DNA from: Candidatus Eremiobacteria bacterium | GTDB lineage: Bacteria > Vulcanimicrobiota > Vulcanimicrobiia > Vulcanimicrobiales > Vulcanimicrobiaceae | DNA: 64,000 nt | Assembly: GCA_963737065.1 (NCBI GenBank) | Contig: CAVTRC010000001.1 | Span: 1,824,001-1,888,000, forward strand | Reading direction: 5' to 3' | In this document: positions 1 through 9,868 of the stretch, in pieces | Layout: the number at the start of each line of letters is the position of its first letter | Numbering within the stretch: position 1 is the stretch's first letter | Made by a program: the position numbers and the translations under genes | Notes under the pieces: generated by a model | Seen by the model: only the letters and a program-made list of their open reading frames with translations | What the model was told of the DNA's origin: nothing | Databases searched by the model: none

Positions 1-2
1 CA

Positions 3-661
3 CCGCTTTTCGCGAACCTCTTCCTGCATTACGCCTTCGATCGTTGGATGACAACGCAGTTTCCGCGGTTGCCGTTTTGCCGCTATGCGGATGATGGACT
101 CGTCCATTGCCGTAGTTTTAACCAAGCGCAATACGTCAAAGAACGGCTCGCGCAACGGTTCAGGGAATGCGGCTTGGAGATTCATCCTGATAAGACACGG
201 ATTGTCTACTGCAAAGGTGTTCATCGGTATGAGGAGCATGAGCACATCCAGTTCGATTTCTTTGGGATACACGTTTCGGCCGAGAAGAAGCTACGACAAG
301 CATGGTCGTACCTTTCACCAATTTCGCACCGGCTATGGCGCGTAGCGCGACCATCGCCTTGCGTCAAGAAGTGCGCAGTTGGCGGTTGCAATTGAAGAGC
401 GACAAGTCGCTCGAAGACCTCTCGCGAATGTTTAGCCCGACAATCGCTGGGTGGGTGAACTACTACACCCGATTCTACGCATCGGCGTTTAATGTCGTCG
501 CAAAGCATATCAATCGCGCACTCGCACGATGGGCGATGCGGAAATTCAAGAAACTACGAGGCCACAAGACACGTGCGGTGAAGTGGATTGAGCGCGTTGC
601 ACAACAACGAGCAGATTTTTTTGCCCACTGGCGCGCTGGTTATCAGTTTTCGGCTCGATAA
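3..661 (+). pseudogene. ltrA: Group II intron reverse transcriptase/maturase, C-terminal half, two +1 frameshifts; no endonuclease domain
   Basis: PLFANLFLHYAFDRW, RYADD, HPDKT, FDF/LGYTFRPR, GWVNYY, FAHW motifs spread over three frames; shifts at T-runs ~260 and ~314. Confidence 0.88.
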
Positions 662-664
662 TGG

Positions 665-737
665 GAGCCGGATGAGCGGAAACGTTCATGTCCGGTTCTA
701 CGAGAGCGCGGCGGTGAGACTCCGCCGCGCGACTCAC
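665..737 (+). ncRNA. Group II intron catalytic domains V-VI
   Basis: AGC triad, GAAA tetraloop and 2-nt bulge in DV; GCGCGGCGG/CCGCCGCGC stem in DVI. Confidence 0.9.
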
Positions 738-1233
738 CCATACGTGCCGACGTTTTCCGGTTCTTTTGCGTTGCCATTGTGCTCGACGTATTCAGGCGGC
801 ACCTCGTCGGCCGGGCAATGGCGACGCACGTTCGAACGGAGCTTGTGCTTTACGAACTCGATCAGGCAGTTCATCAGCGAACGCCGATTAACGTTATTCA
901 TTATTCAGATCAAGGACTTAGTACACGTCGCGTTTGGGCAAAGCTGCAAAAAAGCTGGGATACGTACATCGATTGGGTCCGGTCGCGACTGCTACGACAA
1001 CGCCATGTGCAAAAGCTCCGCGCATTCTCGAATGCGAACTGTTCATGAGACGTCGTTTCGAGAACCCGCGCGTAGCGGCAATTGCCGTGTTTGAATTCAT
1101 GGAGGGCTTCTAAAAACCATATCGGCGTCATACGACGATCGGAAATATCTCGCCGATTGCCTTCGAGCAACGACACATGCATCAAGCCACTTGATGTGTA
1201 ATCTGCAAGGCCCACGAGAGTGGACCAGCGTCA
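738..1233 (+). mobile_element. IS3-family transposase (rve core) remnant with probable right end
   Basis: Frame-broken YVPT..G, VLDVFRR..VGRAM, VIHYSDQG, CYDNAMC, FEFMEGF*, RRHTTIGNISP; IR-like CCACGAGAGTGGACCAGCGTCA ending ~1233. Confidence 0.8.
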
Positions 1234-1237
1234 GCCC

Positions 1238-1283
1238 TTGCATGTGGACCTATCATCTTGTTTGATTCTGGCTCTTTTCTGGT
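1238..1283. repeat. 46-bp imperfect direct repeat, copy A (copy B 11282-11326)
   Basis: TTGCATGTGGACCtATcATcTTgTTTgATTCTGgCTCTTTtCTGGT vs TTGCATGTGGACCcATgATtTTtTTT-ATTCTGaCTCTTTcCTGGT. Confidence 0.8.
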
Positions 1284-1536
1284 TGGAGTTGCAGGCGCAC
1301 AATAGAGTAGCAGCAGCAATCACAACGCCTTTCTTCAGCTTGCCTTTATCGGTTCTTCAATCCCTTCGCCGGCTTGTCGAGGCCTCTGTGCACAGGGGTC
1401 GCCGCGTAACGTCGATCGTTCCACAGCTAACGACACTTGCCGTGGTTCTGAATTGCCGCCATATGACGTTGTCAGATAAGCGCCATCAAACCGTTAATAC
1501 CGTTGAACATTAATCAAATCGCTAGGGGTACAATCG

Positions 1537-1887
1537 ATGAGTGCACTTCAATCTGTCGCCAGACTGAGAATCCATGATGGCAAGCTGGACGAATTCAAGC
1601 GGCTCGCAGCAACCTGCGCCGAATTGGTGCGAAGTAAAGACACTGGAACTCTGCAGTATGAGTTGTACTTTAACAACGACAACAGCGAGTGCCTCGTCTT
1701 TGAGCGCTACCGCGATTCACAAGCACTGCTGGACCACATGAAAAACATGGGCGAAACGATGGCTGCAATCTTTAAGATCTGCACAGGATCTGGAGAGGTG
1801 TGTGGAACGCCTAGCGCGGAACTCGCGGAGAAACTGAAAGAATCCCCCGTTGCAATTTACACACCGTTTGTCCCCCACACTTCCTGA
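1537..1887 (+). CDS. Antibiotic biosynthesis monooxygenase (ABM)/putative quinol monooxygenase family
   Basis: 116 aa, GTLQYELY..FERYRDSQALLDH pattern; AGGGG SD upstream. Confidence 0.8.
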   Translation: MSALQSVARLRIHDGKLDEFKRLAATCAELVRSKDTGTLQYELYFNNDNSECLVFERYRDSQALLDHMKNMGETMAAIFKICTGSGEVCGTPSAELAEKLKESPVAIYTPFVPHTS

Positions 1888-2068
1888 GTAAGCCTTCACG
1901 GAAGCTCGCTTCGTGTCGCGCCTTTCTGCACATCGGTGGTCTTAGAGACTTGAGCGGTCATCATCTACACAAGAAAGCGCAGGTGCTTTCAGGAGAGCGA
2001 TGCTTTTGAGCTAAAACCGATGCTGTTCATTGGGAATACGTCTGACTCTTAAGGCTTGAACATCCACT

Positions 2069-3193
2069 TTAGGAAACGGCACTGTTATCGGACATTGAAG
2101 CCGCGCGAATTGCGTCAAAAACCTTATTCACATCGATCATCGGATTTGCGGCAACGGATCGAATCCAACGCTCGTCCCCGATAACCGTGGACGAAGCGAC
2201 TCCAGGCACTCTGCCGAGAAGCACCTCAGTGTCGAGATACTTGTGCCTCCAGAGCACGATACCCGACGTCGGCCAATCGAACAGTTCGAACGCGACGGAA
2301 GTTTCGACAAGGCGCGCGAGATATTCGGCGTGAGTCATGCATCGTTCAAGGCGTTTCTCGAAGCCGCGCCTTCCCCACGCCAGTAATGTGGCCAAGAGAG
2401 AAATAGCTGCTGCACCGCGGGAGCCGAGAAGCCCAACGTTTGGAGTGGTGAGATATGCTCCGCTGAAGCCGAGCGCGCCTTTTACCTTTTCGAAATCCTT
2501 GAAAAAAATGAGCGCAGATTCTTGGGCTGAAAGAGCAGTTTATGGGAAGACACTGTAACCGAATCGGCGTTGTCTACGCCATCGAGGAGATGCCCGAAGC
2601 GGCTGGTTAATCGCAGTGGTCCTCCCCATGCTGCATCAACGTGACGCCAACGGGCGCCTCGTCCGGCACTGAGTGAATCAATCGCGCCAACGCTCGTCGT
2701 TCCAGCGGTTAGCACTAGTGCTGACGACGAAAGATCCCCAAGCGATTCTGAATCTATTCCGCGATCACGTTCAACTGGAGTAGCGCGATATTTCAATCCG
2801 AGTAGATGCGCGCATTTCCGGATGCTAAGGTGAGCATCTTGTGACGCCACAACTTCCGTCACGCCGCGGATCTCCCGTGCGGCCCATAAGGCAGTTAGAT
2901 TGGCTAACGTTAGCGCCAGGGAGAACTTGACCTCCATCACATCCGAACAGCGGCGCTAGCCACGAGACGAGTCGATCCTCGAGTTCTCGCGCAATAGGCG
3001 CCGTCTGGTTATGTAGAAGATTCTGATTCAACGCCGCGTTCCAATAGGATGTTACCCACGTAATCCAAGGTGTCGGCGGGTCCATTTGCGCGAAGAATGT
3101 GCTCGCTCCTAGGTCACAAGCACCCGAAAATACTACATTTCGCAAGATTTCGGCAGCCTCAACGTCACCAAGTCCATATTCAGGTAAGGACAA
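2069..3193 (-). pseudogene. PLP-dependent group II decarboxylase, split by two frameshifts
   Basis: Three consecutive ORFs carrying AQMDPP..NQNLLH, TAGTT..GAID, HVDAAWGG, ADSVTVSSHK. Confidence 0.85.
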
Positions 3194-3329
3194 CGGTATA
3201 TTTGCTGCACCTTGATGCGAAGCAGCTACCGTGTCAAAATCTAATAACGAAAAATTGTACTTCGGCCTGAACGAATGATCATCGCGATTCCTAAAACATA
3301 AAACGACAGCAGGGACTTCTCAAAAATGT

Positions 3330-3953
3330 CTAAAGCCGGATGGGTTGAAGCAATCCCAAGTAACTTGGAGTTCGAATCGTTGACTTCAGGATCGGGTCGC
3401 GGATCGGCACACCACGAACGACTCGAATTGGAACCTGTCCAGCCCAAACGTCGCTATCAAGATCGGCTTCAAAATCAATCGGAGGACCGACGCGAACTTT
3501 AGCTACAGCTTCATCGAGCGCAAGCGAAAGCACCATGGTCGTTCGAAGTTCCCCATCGGTAGGACGGCGTACATCGTCCCATCGACCTCGACAGATGCGC
3601 TCAACGATTGCACCCACCGCTGCGAGTTTTTCGTCGTAACTGGTAACGTGCATCATCTGACCACACGCGACTACGGACCGGTAATTCATCGAATGATTGA
3701 ATGCTGATCTTGCTAGCACCAAGTCATCTAATAGTGTCACCGTGAGGCAGCCGTTAGCGTCGCGTGCGGATTGCATCCATCGCGCAAGGACCGAACCATG
3801 GACGTACACTTTCTGTCCAATTCGCGCGTGGATCGTTGGTACGACGAGCGGGCCTTCGTCTGTTAGAACACCTACGTGACAGCACAATGCTTCGTCAACA
3901 ATAGCGGCAATCGTTTCAAATTCACGAGACATACGATCCGGAAATCGTGCCAA
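3330..3953 (-). CDS. Pyridoxamine 5'-phosphate oxidase-like flavin-nucleotide-binding protein
   Basis: CHVG, PLVVPT, YVHGS, LVLARSAFNHSMNYRSVV, VWAG motifs. Confidence 0.88.
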   Translation of the reverse strand: MARFPDRMSREFETIAAIVDEALCCHVGVLTDEGPLVVPTIHARIGQKVYVHGSVLARWMQSARDANGCLTVTLLDDLVLARSAFNHSMNYRSVVACGQMMHVTSYDEKLAAVGAIVERICRGRWDDVRRPTDGELRTTMVLSLALDEAVAKVRVGPPIDFEADLDSDVWAGQVPIRVVRGVPIRDPILKSTIRTPSYLGLLQPIRL

Positions 3954-4259
3954 GGGTATCTCCTCTTATCGTGAAATCGCCGTGACCTTCTCAGCCATAG
4001 TCAAACATGGCACCACGTCTAGATTTGTTTGGGCAGTAACCTTCGCTCATAATCCTACAAGCAGCTCTTTCTCTTTAACAGGTCCACGTAAGACGAAAAC
4101 GCAAGGTCCAAAAAGCGACGGCAGAATGTCGCCTTCGATGGCTCATAGTGTACCTCAACTTGTATCGCTGAGCCGGCCCGCCGCGAAGCTGCGCGTGGTC
4201 CCATCGAAATTCGCTTTTCTGGGCCTAGCAATGAGATCAAATCTTCCTATCATGATGGT

Positions 4260-6239
4260 GTGAATAAGAGTCTGCGAGTACAACGCTCGAAAACTGGCAT
4301 TTTCGGGATTTTCTTTTTGGTATTTGCCTCGTGCCCGTTAACGTCGTCGGTGCAAGCTAAGATTGTGGGAGCGCAGCACCTGCGCGCCGGAGATACGGTG
4401 GTTCTTGCGAGCTTCGCTAATCTGACGGGCGATGCCATTTTTGATGGAACGCTCGACTGGGCGTTGCGAGACGAACTGGAAGGTTCTCCTTACGTCAATG
4501 TGCTGTCGGCGCAGGATGCATCCAAGGCTCTTACGACGATTGGCGACACTCAAAGCAAGCGTCTCTCTGTGGTTATTAGCCGCCAAATCTGTAACCGAGT
4601 CGGTGGCAAAGCTGTCGTTGCGGGAATAATTTCGAAACAGGGGAGCGACTACATTGTAGATCTCTCCGCGTCGTCTTGCGATCGCGGCGGCAACACCCTT
4701 ACCGCAACGCGTAGAACAGCTCTCGAGCAAAAGGACGTCCTTAGCGCGCTGAGTCGCGCATTGACAACTTTGCGCTTGCGATTGGGCGAGCCTGCGACCT
4801 CTGTTCAACGATTTGGAGTGCCTGCTGAAGATGCGACCTCTTCTTTGGAAGCGCTCAAAGATTACAGTGCTGCACTGGCCGAATCAGAAAAAAATGGTGG
4901 ACCGCCAACGATTCCTCTACTGGAGCGAGTAATCAACCTCGATCCCAATTTTCCGCTAGCTTACGCGGCGTTAGCAAATGTTTATCACAATTTGCAAGAA
5001 CCTGCACTGGCGCAGCAGTCTGCCTCGCGCGCCTTCCAGTTGCGAAGCCGCGCCACTGAGCGAGAGAAATTGCGAATATCTGCCGCATATTTTTTAGCGA
5101 CGGGTCAGCTCGACGCAGAGATCCAGAACTATAAGAAATGGCAAGCCGAGTATCCGCACGATTTCCTGCCATACAACGACCTTGGCAATGATTATGCCGC
5201 AATGGGGCAACTGCACGGTGCGCTTGAAGAATATAAAAAGGGCTTGCAGTTGGAACCAACACTGATCGGCTATGTCAATGTGGGTGGGATGTATATAAGC
5301 CTGAATCGGTTCGAGGAAGCGAAAGCGACCTTCAACGAAGCGCTGTCAAGTAATTTCGACGGGCGCTATCTTCGGATGAACCTTTATTGGCTGGCCTTTC
5401 TCACGGGCGACCCCGTGCAGATGACTCGACAGCTGGTGTGGGCGTCGAGCCGGCCTGAGGCAAATGACGCGCTGCTTAGCGAACAGTCCGATACTGAGGC
5501 TTACGATGGCCGAATGGAAACCGCGCGCGAATTTTCGCAGCGCGCGGTAGCTGCTGCTATCTCATCGGGCTCGAAAGAAACGGCGGCTTTGTGGCGTGTT
5601 AACGAGGCCCTCCGAGAAGCTGAAGTTGGCGAATTTGCCATTGCGCGAAGTGAAGTCTCATCAGCGTTGGCACTTTCTGCGGATCGAGACGTAACGCTCA
5701 TCGCAGCGTTTACGTTGGCTCGCTCGGACGCTACACGATCAGCAACGACTTTAGTCAAAAAGCTTGAGAAGACTTACCCAACGGATTCCCTCATGAGGCT
5801 TTACTGGCTCCCAGCCATAAAAGCTACGTTGGCCCTTGATGACGGTGACTTCATCCGAGCGATCGCGTTACTACGGCCAGTGGAATCCCACGAGTCCGGG
5901 AGCGCAGGAACGTTCATTAGCTATCTTTATCCAGCTTTTTTGCGTGGTCAAGCTTATCTAGATGATGGTAAAGGTGGCGCAGCTGCGGGTGAGTTTCGAA
6001 AACTCGTGCTTGGAAAAGGCATCGTACAGAATTTCCTCACTGGAGCGCTTACTCATCTAGAGCTAGGCCGCTCATATGCGTGCGTTGGTGAAGTTTCTGA
6101 GGCGCAAGCGGAATATCGTACGTTCTTCGACATATGGAACCACGCGGATACAGATGTTCCGATTCTGCGACAAGCTCGAGCGGAGTATTCGCAACTATCA
6201 AGGCCGACTCGTACTCGTTGCCGTCATACGGCATCTTAG
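4260..6239 (+). CDS. Exported/membrane TolB-N-like plus TPR-repeat protein
   Basis: N-terminal hydrophobic segment, VVLASFANLTGDAIFDGTL, TSSLEALKDYS, LDPNFPLAYAALA, multiple TPR-like helices. Confidence 0.8.
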   Translation: MNKSLRVQRSKTGIFGIFFLVFASCPLTSSVQAKIVGAQHLRAGDTVVLASFANLTGDAIFDGTLDWALRDELEGSPYVNVLSAQDASKALTTIGDTQSKRLSVVISRQICNRVGGKAVVAGIISKQGSDYIVDLSASSCDRGGNTLTATRRTALEQKDVLSALSRALTTLRLRLGEPATSVQRFGVPAEDATSSLEALKDYSAALAESEKNGGPPTIPLLERVINLDPNFPLAYAALANVYHNLQEPALAQQSASRAFQLRSRATEREKLRISAAYFLATGQLDAEIQNYKKWQAEYPHDFLPYNDLGNDYAAMGQLHGALEEYKKGLQLEPTLIGYVNVGGMYISLNRFEEAKATFNEALSSNFDGRYLRMNLYWLAFLTGDPVQMTRQLVWASSRPEANDALLSEQSDTEAYDGRMETAREFSQRAVAAAISSGSKETAALWRVNEALREAEVGEFAIARSEVSSALALSADRDVTLIAAFTLARSDATRSATTLVKKLEKTYPTDSLMRLYWLPAIKATLALDDGDFIRAIALLRPVESHESGSAGTFISYLYPAFLRGQAYLDDGKGGAAAGEFRKLVLGKGIVQNFLTGALTHLELGRSYACVGEVSEAQAEYRTFFDIWNHADTDVPILRQARAEYSQLSRPTRTRCRHTAS

Positions 6240-6275
6240 AAGCATATTAGATGCTGTTGCGCGCCGTACGCATTT

Positions 6276-6929
6276 TTGAGGACCCGCTTAGTGGTCATCG
6301 TTAACCATTATCTGTACATCCTTTCCACATGGTGCCTCGTCGCTGAGGAAGCCATTGGGCGCATGCGCGAACGGTTTGGGTCTTCCATATCGTATGACTG
6401 GCACATTGCATGCACCGATTACGAGACAAATACGCAACTCACTCTCGCGCAGTTGGAGTTTTACTACGCGCGTCTCGAAGTTGCAACCGGGCAACACATG
6501 ACAACGAATTGGTGGTATGAAGGCTACGACTGGCTGGTACCCGACCGAATGACGATTGCGGCGCGTCGACTAGGAGTTACCGACAATTCCGTTCGTCTTG
6601 CACTTTCGAACGCAGGGTTACGCGAAGGGCGGCGTATAACCATGCCGGATGTGGCGTTAAAGGTTGCCGCTGAAGCGGGAGCGCTACGAACCGATTCCTT
6701 ACGTAAAGCGTTTGATGAACCTCAAACGGTCATTGAGCTCTTCAGGCAATCATCCGAATTTCGAGACTCAGGTGTGTCTCTTCGTCCAGCTCTCGTCATC
6801 TCGAATGACCTAGGCGACCGCATTATTTTGTCGGGAATTTGGACGGAAGAACCAATAATGAGCGCTGTTGAGGCGCTACTTCGCGATGAAGTTAGCTATG
6901 CCGACTTCGTGCGCAGTCGCGAACATTAA
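6276..6929 (+). CDS. DsbA/FrnE-like thioredoxin-fold protein (single Cys, STWC)
   Basis: YILSTWC near the N-terminus, RPAL cis-Pro loop, GDRIILSGIW. Confidence 0.65.
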   Translation: MRTRLVVIVNHYLYILSTWCLVAEEAIGRMRERFGSSISYDWHIACTDYETNTQLTLAQLEFYYARLEVATGQHMTTNWWYEGYDWLVPDRMTIAARRLGVTDNSVRLALSNAGLREGRRITMPDVALKVAAEAGALRTDSLRKAFDEPQTVIELFRQSSEFRDSGVSLRPALVISNDLGDRIILSGIWTEEPIMSAVEALLRDEVSYADFVRSREH

Positions 6930-7049
6930 CGCGCTTTTGGGTCAAAATTTTCGGCCCACCTCTTCTTTCCAAAGGACAAGAGCGCGCACGATTTAGAGTT
7001 AGATACTGTATAGCATGCCGGTATGCAGGCAGAACCCGAAGACGAACAG

Positions 7050-7376
7050 CTAGCCATATAAGGGCCAGACTTCAACGACGCCGTAAGCGATGGCGCATGG
7101 CGTTTTCGAAACCTGTTCGATTGCCTCTTCAATGCTCGTCGCTTCGATCAGCGCGAATCCCGCAATTGGAAGGCGGGCGTGCATGAACGAGCCGCTCGTC
7201 GTTTCCACCCCGGCATCGGCGGGATTTCGAACTTGCACGGGATCGCCAGCGATCCCCATGATGACTCCTATATCTCGTAAGTGCGCATCTTGCAGATGTG
7301 CTTTATCGCGTAGGTCTTGCGGGGTTCGCTTGTAACCCTCTTCATCGCCGTATCCAATTGTGATGAACTTCGGCAT
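7050..7376 (-). CDS. YciI family protein
   Basis: GSF..LPIAGFALIEATSIEEAI..PCA..GVVEVWPL; AAGGAG SD. Confidence 0.85.
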   Translation of the reverse strand: MPKFITIGYGDEEGYKRTPQDLRDKAHLQDAHLRDIGVIMGIAGDPVQVRNPADAGVETTSGSFMHARLPIAGFALIEATSIEEAIEQVSKTPCAIAYGVVEVWPLYG

Positions 7377-7738
7377 GTTTGAAACTCCTTATTATGTCGA
7401 ACATTTGTTAACTGAGTCGACGATAGCAGAGCACCGCCTTCGCGAGTTAGGCCTTCTCCATCGTCGATCAACGACTGTCGGTAGCCAATGTTGTGCGCGC
7501 GATACCATACTGAAGACGTCATGCGATCGTTTTGCTGCGATCCGAAAGGTCCCCTCATACCGTTGACGGCCATTCAGTTCCGAATACCAGAAAGATGATT
7601 CTCTGCGGAAGTGCTGCCTTTTCGCGCCTACCCACCTTGGAGGAGCTGTTTGCAATCGATGTAGCGCATAAAGGCTTCTCCTTAGCGCGATTTTAAAACG
7701 TAGGATCCGACCATAGATCTACGACACGCGAGGTTCGA

Positions 7739-8296
7739 TCACGCCTGCGGCGGAGCTCCGGCGGGACAATAGTCGAGCATCAGTATTCTGTCGTCGAGGA
7801 CGTCGTGCGCACTCAGTTGGAACGCGAGGTCTTAAAATTTTCTGAAGACCGGATCCACGCCGCTTTCGGGCAGCACCAAAGGACAGACCATCAGACGTAG
7901 GACATCCAAGAGACCAACGTCCAAAAGTTGCCGCACTATCGAAAGGCTACCGAGGACGCGCAGTTCTGAACCATCATGCTGTTTGAGTTTGCGAACAAAT
8001 GCAACATATCGTCGTTTACTAATTGCAGCCCTGGGCAGTCGCATCGGTTGAGCGATCGCGAGAACAGATAGCCCGGCCCGCTGCGTGGCTTTCTTGCAGT
8101 TTTTGTCGTGTTCGCCGGCGCGAAGCGAGTTTAGCAAATCATACGTTTTTCGCCCAATCAACTTGCGATGCGGCTTCTCGTTATTCGATTTCAGCAATGT
8201 GCAGAACTCGGGACCCGGGTGACCGTAGTAACCCGGGGATTTCATGCGGGCATACATATCAATCGTGACAAAGAGTTGCGAAATGACCTTGGGCAA
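7739..8296 (-). pseudogene. Dihydrofolate reductase/RibD C-terminal family, several frameshifts
   Basis: LFVTIDMY, LIGRKTY, ELRVLGSLSIVRQLLDVGLLD; FSRSL segment and LDDRILMLDYCP tail lie in other frames. Confidence 0.7.
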
Positions 8297-8400
8297 CGAA
8301 TATGTTCCTTTCGGAACTGGCAACGTGAGCGCGTCTATTAGCCTCCGTGCGAAAAAGAAAGCGAGCGTGACCCATTTGGTCGTGCAATCACGCTCTGATC

Positions 8401-8994
8401 CTAGTTTGAAGGCTTCATGAGTGTTTCTGTAACGATGAAGTTTGTTTCCCATGTTTTCCCGCCGTCTGCGGAAAACGACTGATCGAAGTGGCAAGAGGTC
8501 TTCGTAACCTCGGAGATTTGGAAGCGCACCATAATCATTCTGCCCCGGTACGGTTCCTGGTCGTAAAATTGAGCGCCGTTGCCTGTAAACTCACCAACTA
8601 CAGGCGAGCTCAAAGTTCCACCGCTCGGATTGCTAAAGTACACACTCCATTGATGCGCGTCCGGGTTATACATACGGATCGAATAGATCTCGAGATGACC
8701 AGCGGGGCCATCGGCTTCAATCTTTGCCGAATTCGCGCCATCCCATATTTTGGACACAACGTCGGTGCCGCTGTATTGAACCCATGTCGTGGAGCCCGTC
8801 AATGGGTGAAGAAGGCGGCGCTGGTGCGTTTTCCACGTTCCGTAGTCCCAGTCAAAATCGTGTGCTTCATCTCGCCCACTGCCGACGATCGACGGAGTCG
8901 GAGCCGGCTGCGCGTTCGATCCAACGGGTGCATTTATCGTCAGTACAATGCATAGTGAGACGTAGCAGAATATTCTATTTCGCTGGAACTGCAT
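8401..8994 (-). CDS. Secreted DUF1579-like beta-barrel protein
   Basis: Signal peptide, HDFDW..GTW, YNP..QW, FDQSFSADGGKTWETNF. Confidence 0.75.
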   Translation of the reverse strand: MQFQRNRIFCYVSLCIVLTINAPVGSNAQPAPTPSIVGSGRDEAHDFDWDYGTWKTHQRRLLHPLTGSTTWVQYSGTDVVSKIWDGANSAKIEADGPAGHLEIYSIRMYNPDAHQWSVYFSNPSGGTLSSPVVGEFTGNGAQFYDQEPYRGRMIMVRFQISEVTKTSCHFDQSFSADGGKTWETNFIVTETLMKPSN

Positions 8995-9117
8995 GGATCT
9001 TCATCATAGCGAGTTTGCCGAAATGATGTCAGGTCCAGACCTCGACAATTCGAGGGTACCACCAGCACATCTTCGTCTGCCGGTCGACACTAGGATCGTG
9101 CTGCTTGCTCAGCCTCT

Positions 9118-9438
9118 TTAGAAAGCTCCCACAAAGCTCAAACCTGGATATTCCGTTACGATAACTTCGTATCGCTCGATCATCGGCATCAGTGCTTCTG
9201 CAAGCTCCGTCTTCCAAATCGGCCCTTCGTAAAACTCGTGCTTCATTGGATCACGTTGCTCGTTCGATGGAAAGAGTCGTAAAAACACGAACCGGTCGTC
9301 GGACTCGACATCGATAAATGGGCCGACAATGGGCATACCTATTTTCCGATGCAACGGAATCGACCGCGACTCAAAGATCTCCAAGAATCGTGACCGAGTA
9401 CGAGGCTTGAGATAATAGACGCGTACTTCAACAATCAT
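9118..9438 (-). CDS. NIPSNAP family protein
   Basis: IVEVRVYYLKP..F, GMPIVGPF, FYEGPIWK. Confidence 0.8.
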   Translation of the reverse strand: MIVEVRVYYLKPRTRSRFLEIFESRSIPLHRKIGMPIVGPFIDVESDDRFVFLRLFPSNEQRDPMKHEFYEGPIWKTELAEALMPMIERYEVIVTEYPGLSFVGAF

Positions 9439-9868
9439 TGTTACAAAACAATCGTAGCCCCGACAGAGAGGCAGCTGCAGTTCGATTCTATGATGCGAAC
9501 CAACACCACGCGCCTTTTATTACTGCCTTATCCGTATCTGCTCGGCAAGTGCCAATTCGTCGAATGAGTTTAGTTCCAGCCATCAGAGTACTGGATGTCA
9601 TAAGTTCAGGTCGCGCCGAGTGGTTAACGACGAGGACCCGTGCAAGATACAAGCGGCCACCCCCGGCGGGACCAGATTGGAGCCCACCGTGTCGATCTCT
9701 TGAGGCGAACGTTTTATTGAAAAAGCAACCGCAGAATAAGCCCGTCCCTAATGTCAGTATCGGGAGCCCGCTCGCGGTTTCTCAGCGGATAGGCGTGCCG
9801 TTCGGTGGTAGCATCTAGCCGTGTTTCGTGCAACGCGTATAAGAAAGTTGCATTCGACGTTCACTAAT

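Larger units (their letters stand above)
1..737 (+). mobile_element. Group II intron, 3' part (5' end outside window)
   Basis: RT/maturase ORF followed by domain V GAGCCGGATGAGCGGAAACGTTCATGTCCGGTTC (665-698) and domain VI hairpin with bulged A ending GACTCAC (~737). Confidence 0.93.

Noticed and set aside
7380..7730. Short ORFs here and in gaps 9440-9860 and 56490-56900
   Set aside because: No recognisable motifs, starts or structure; probably decayed DNA
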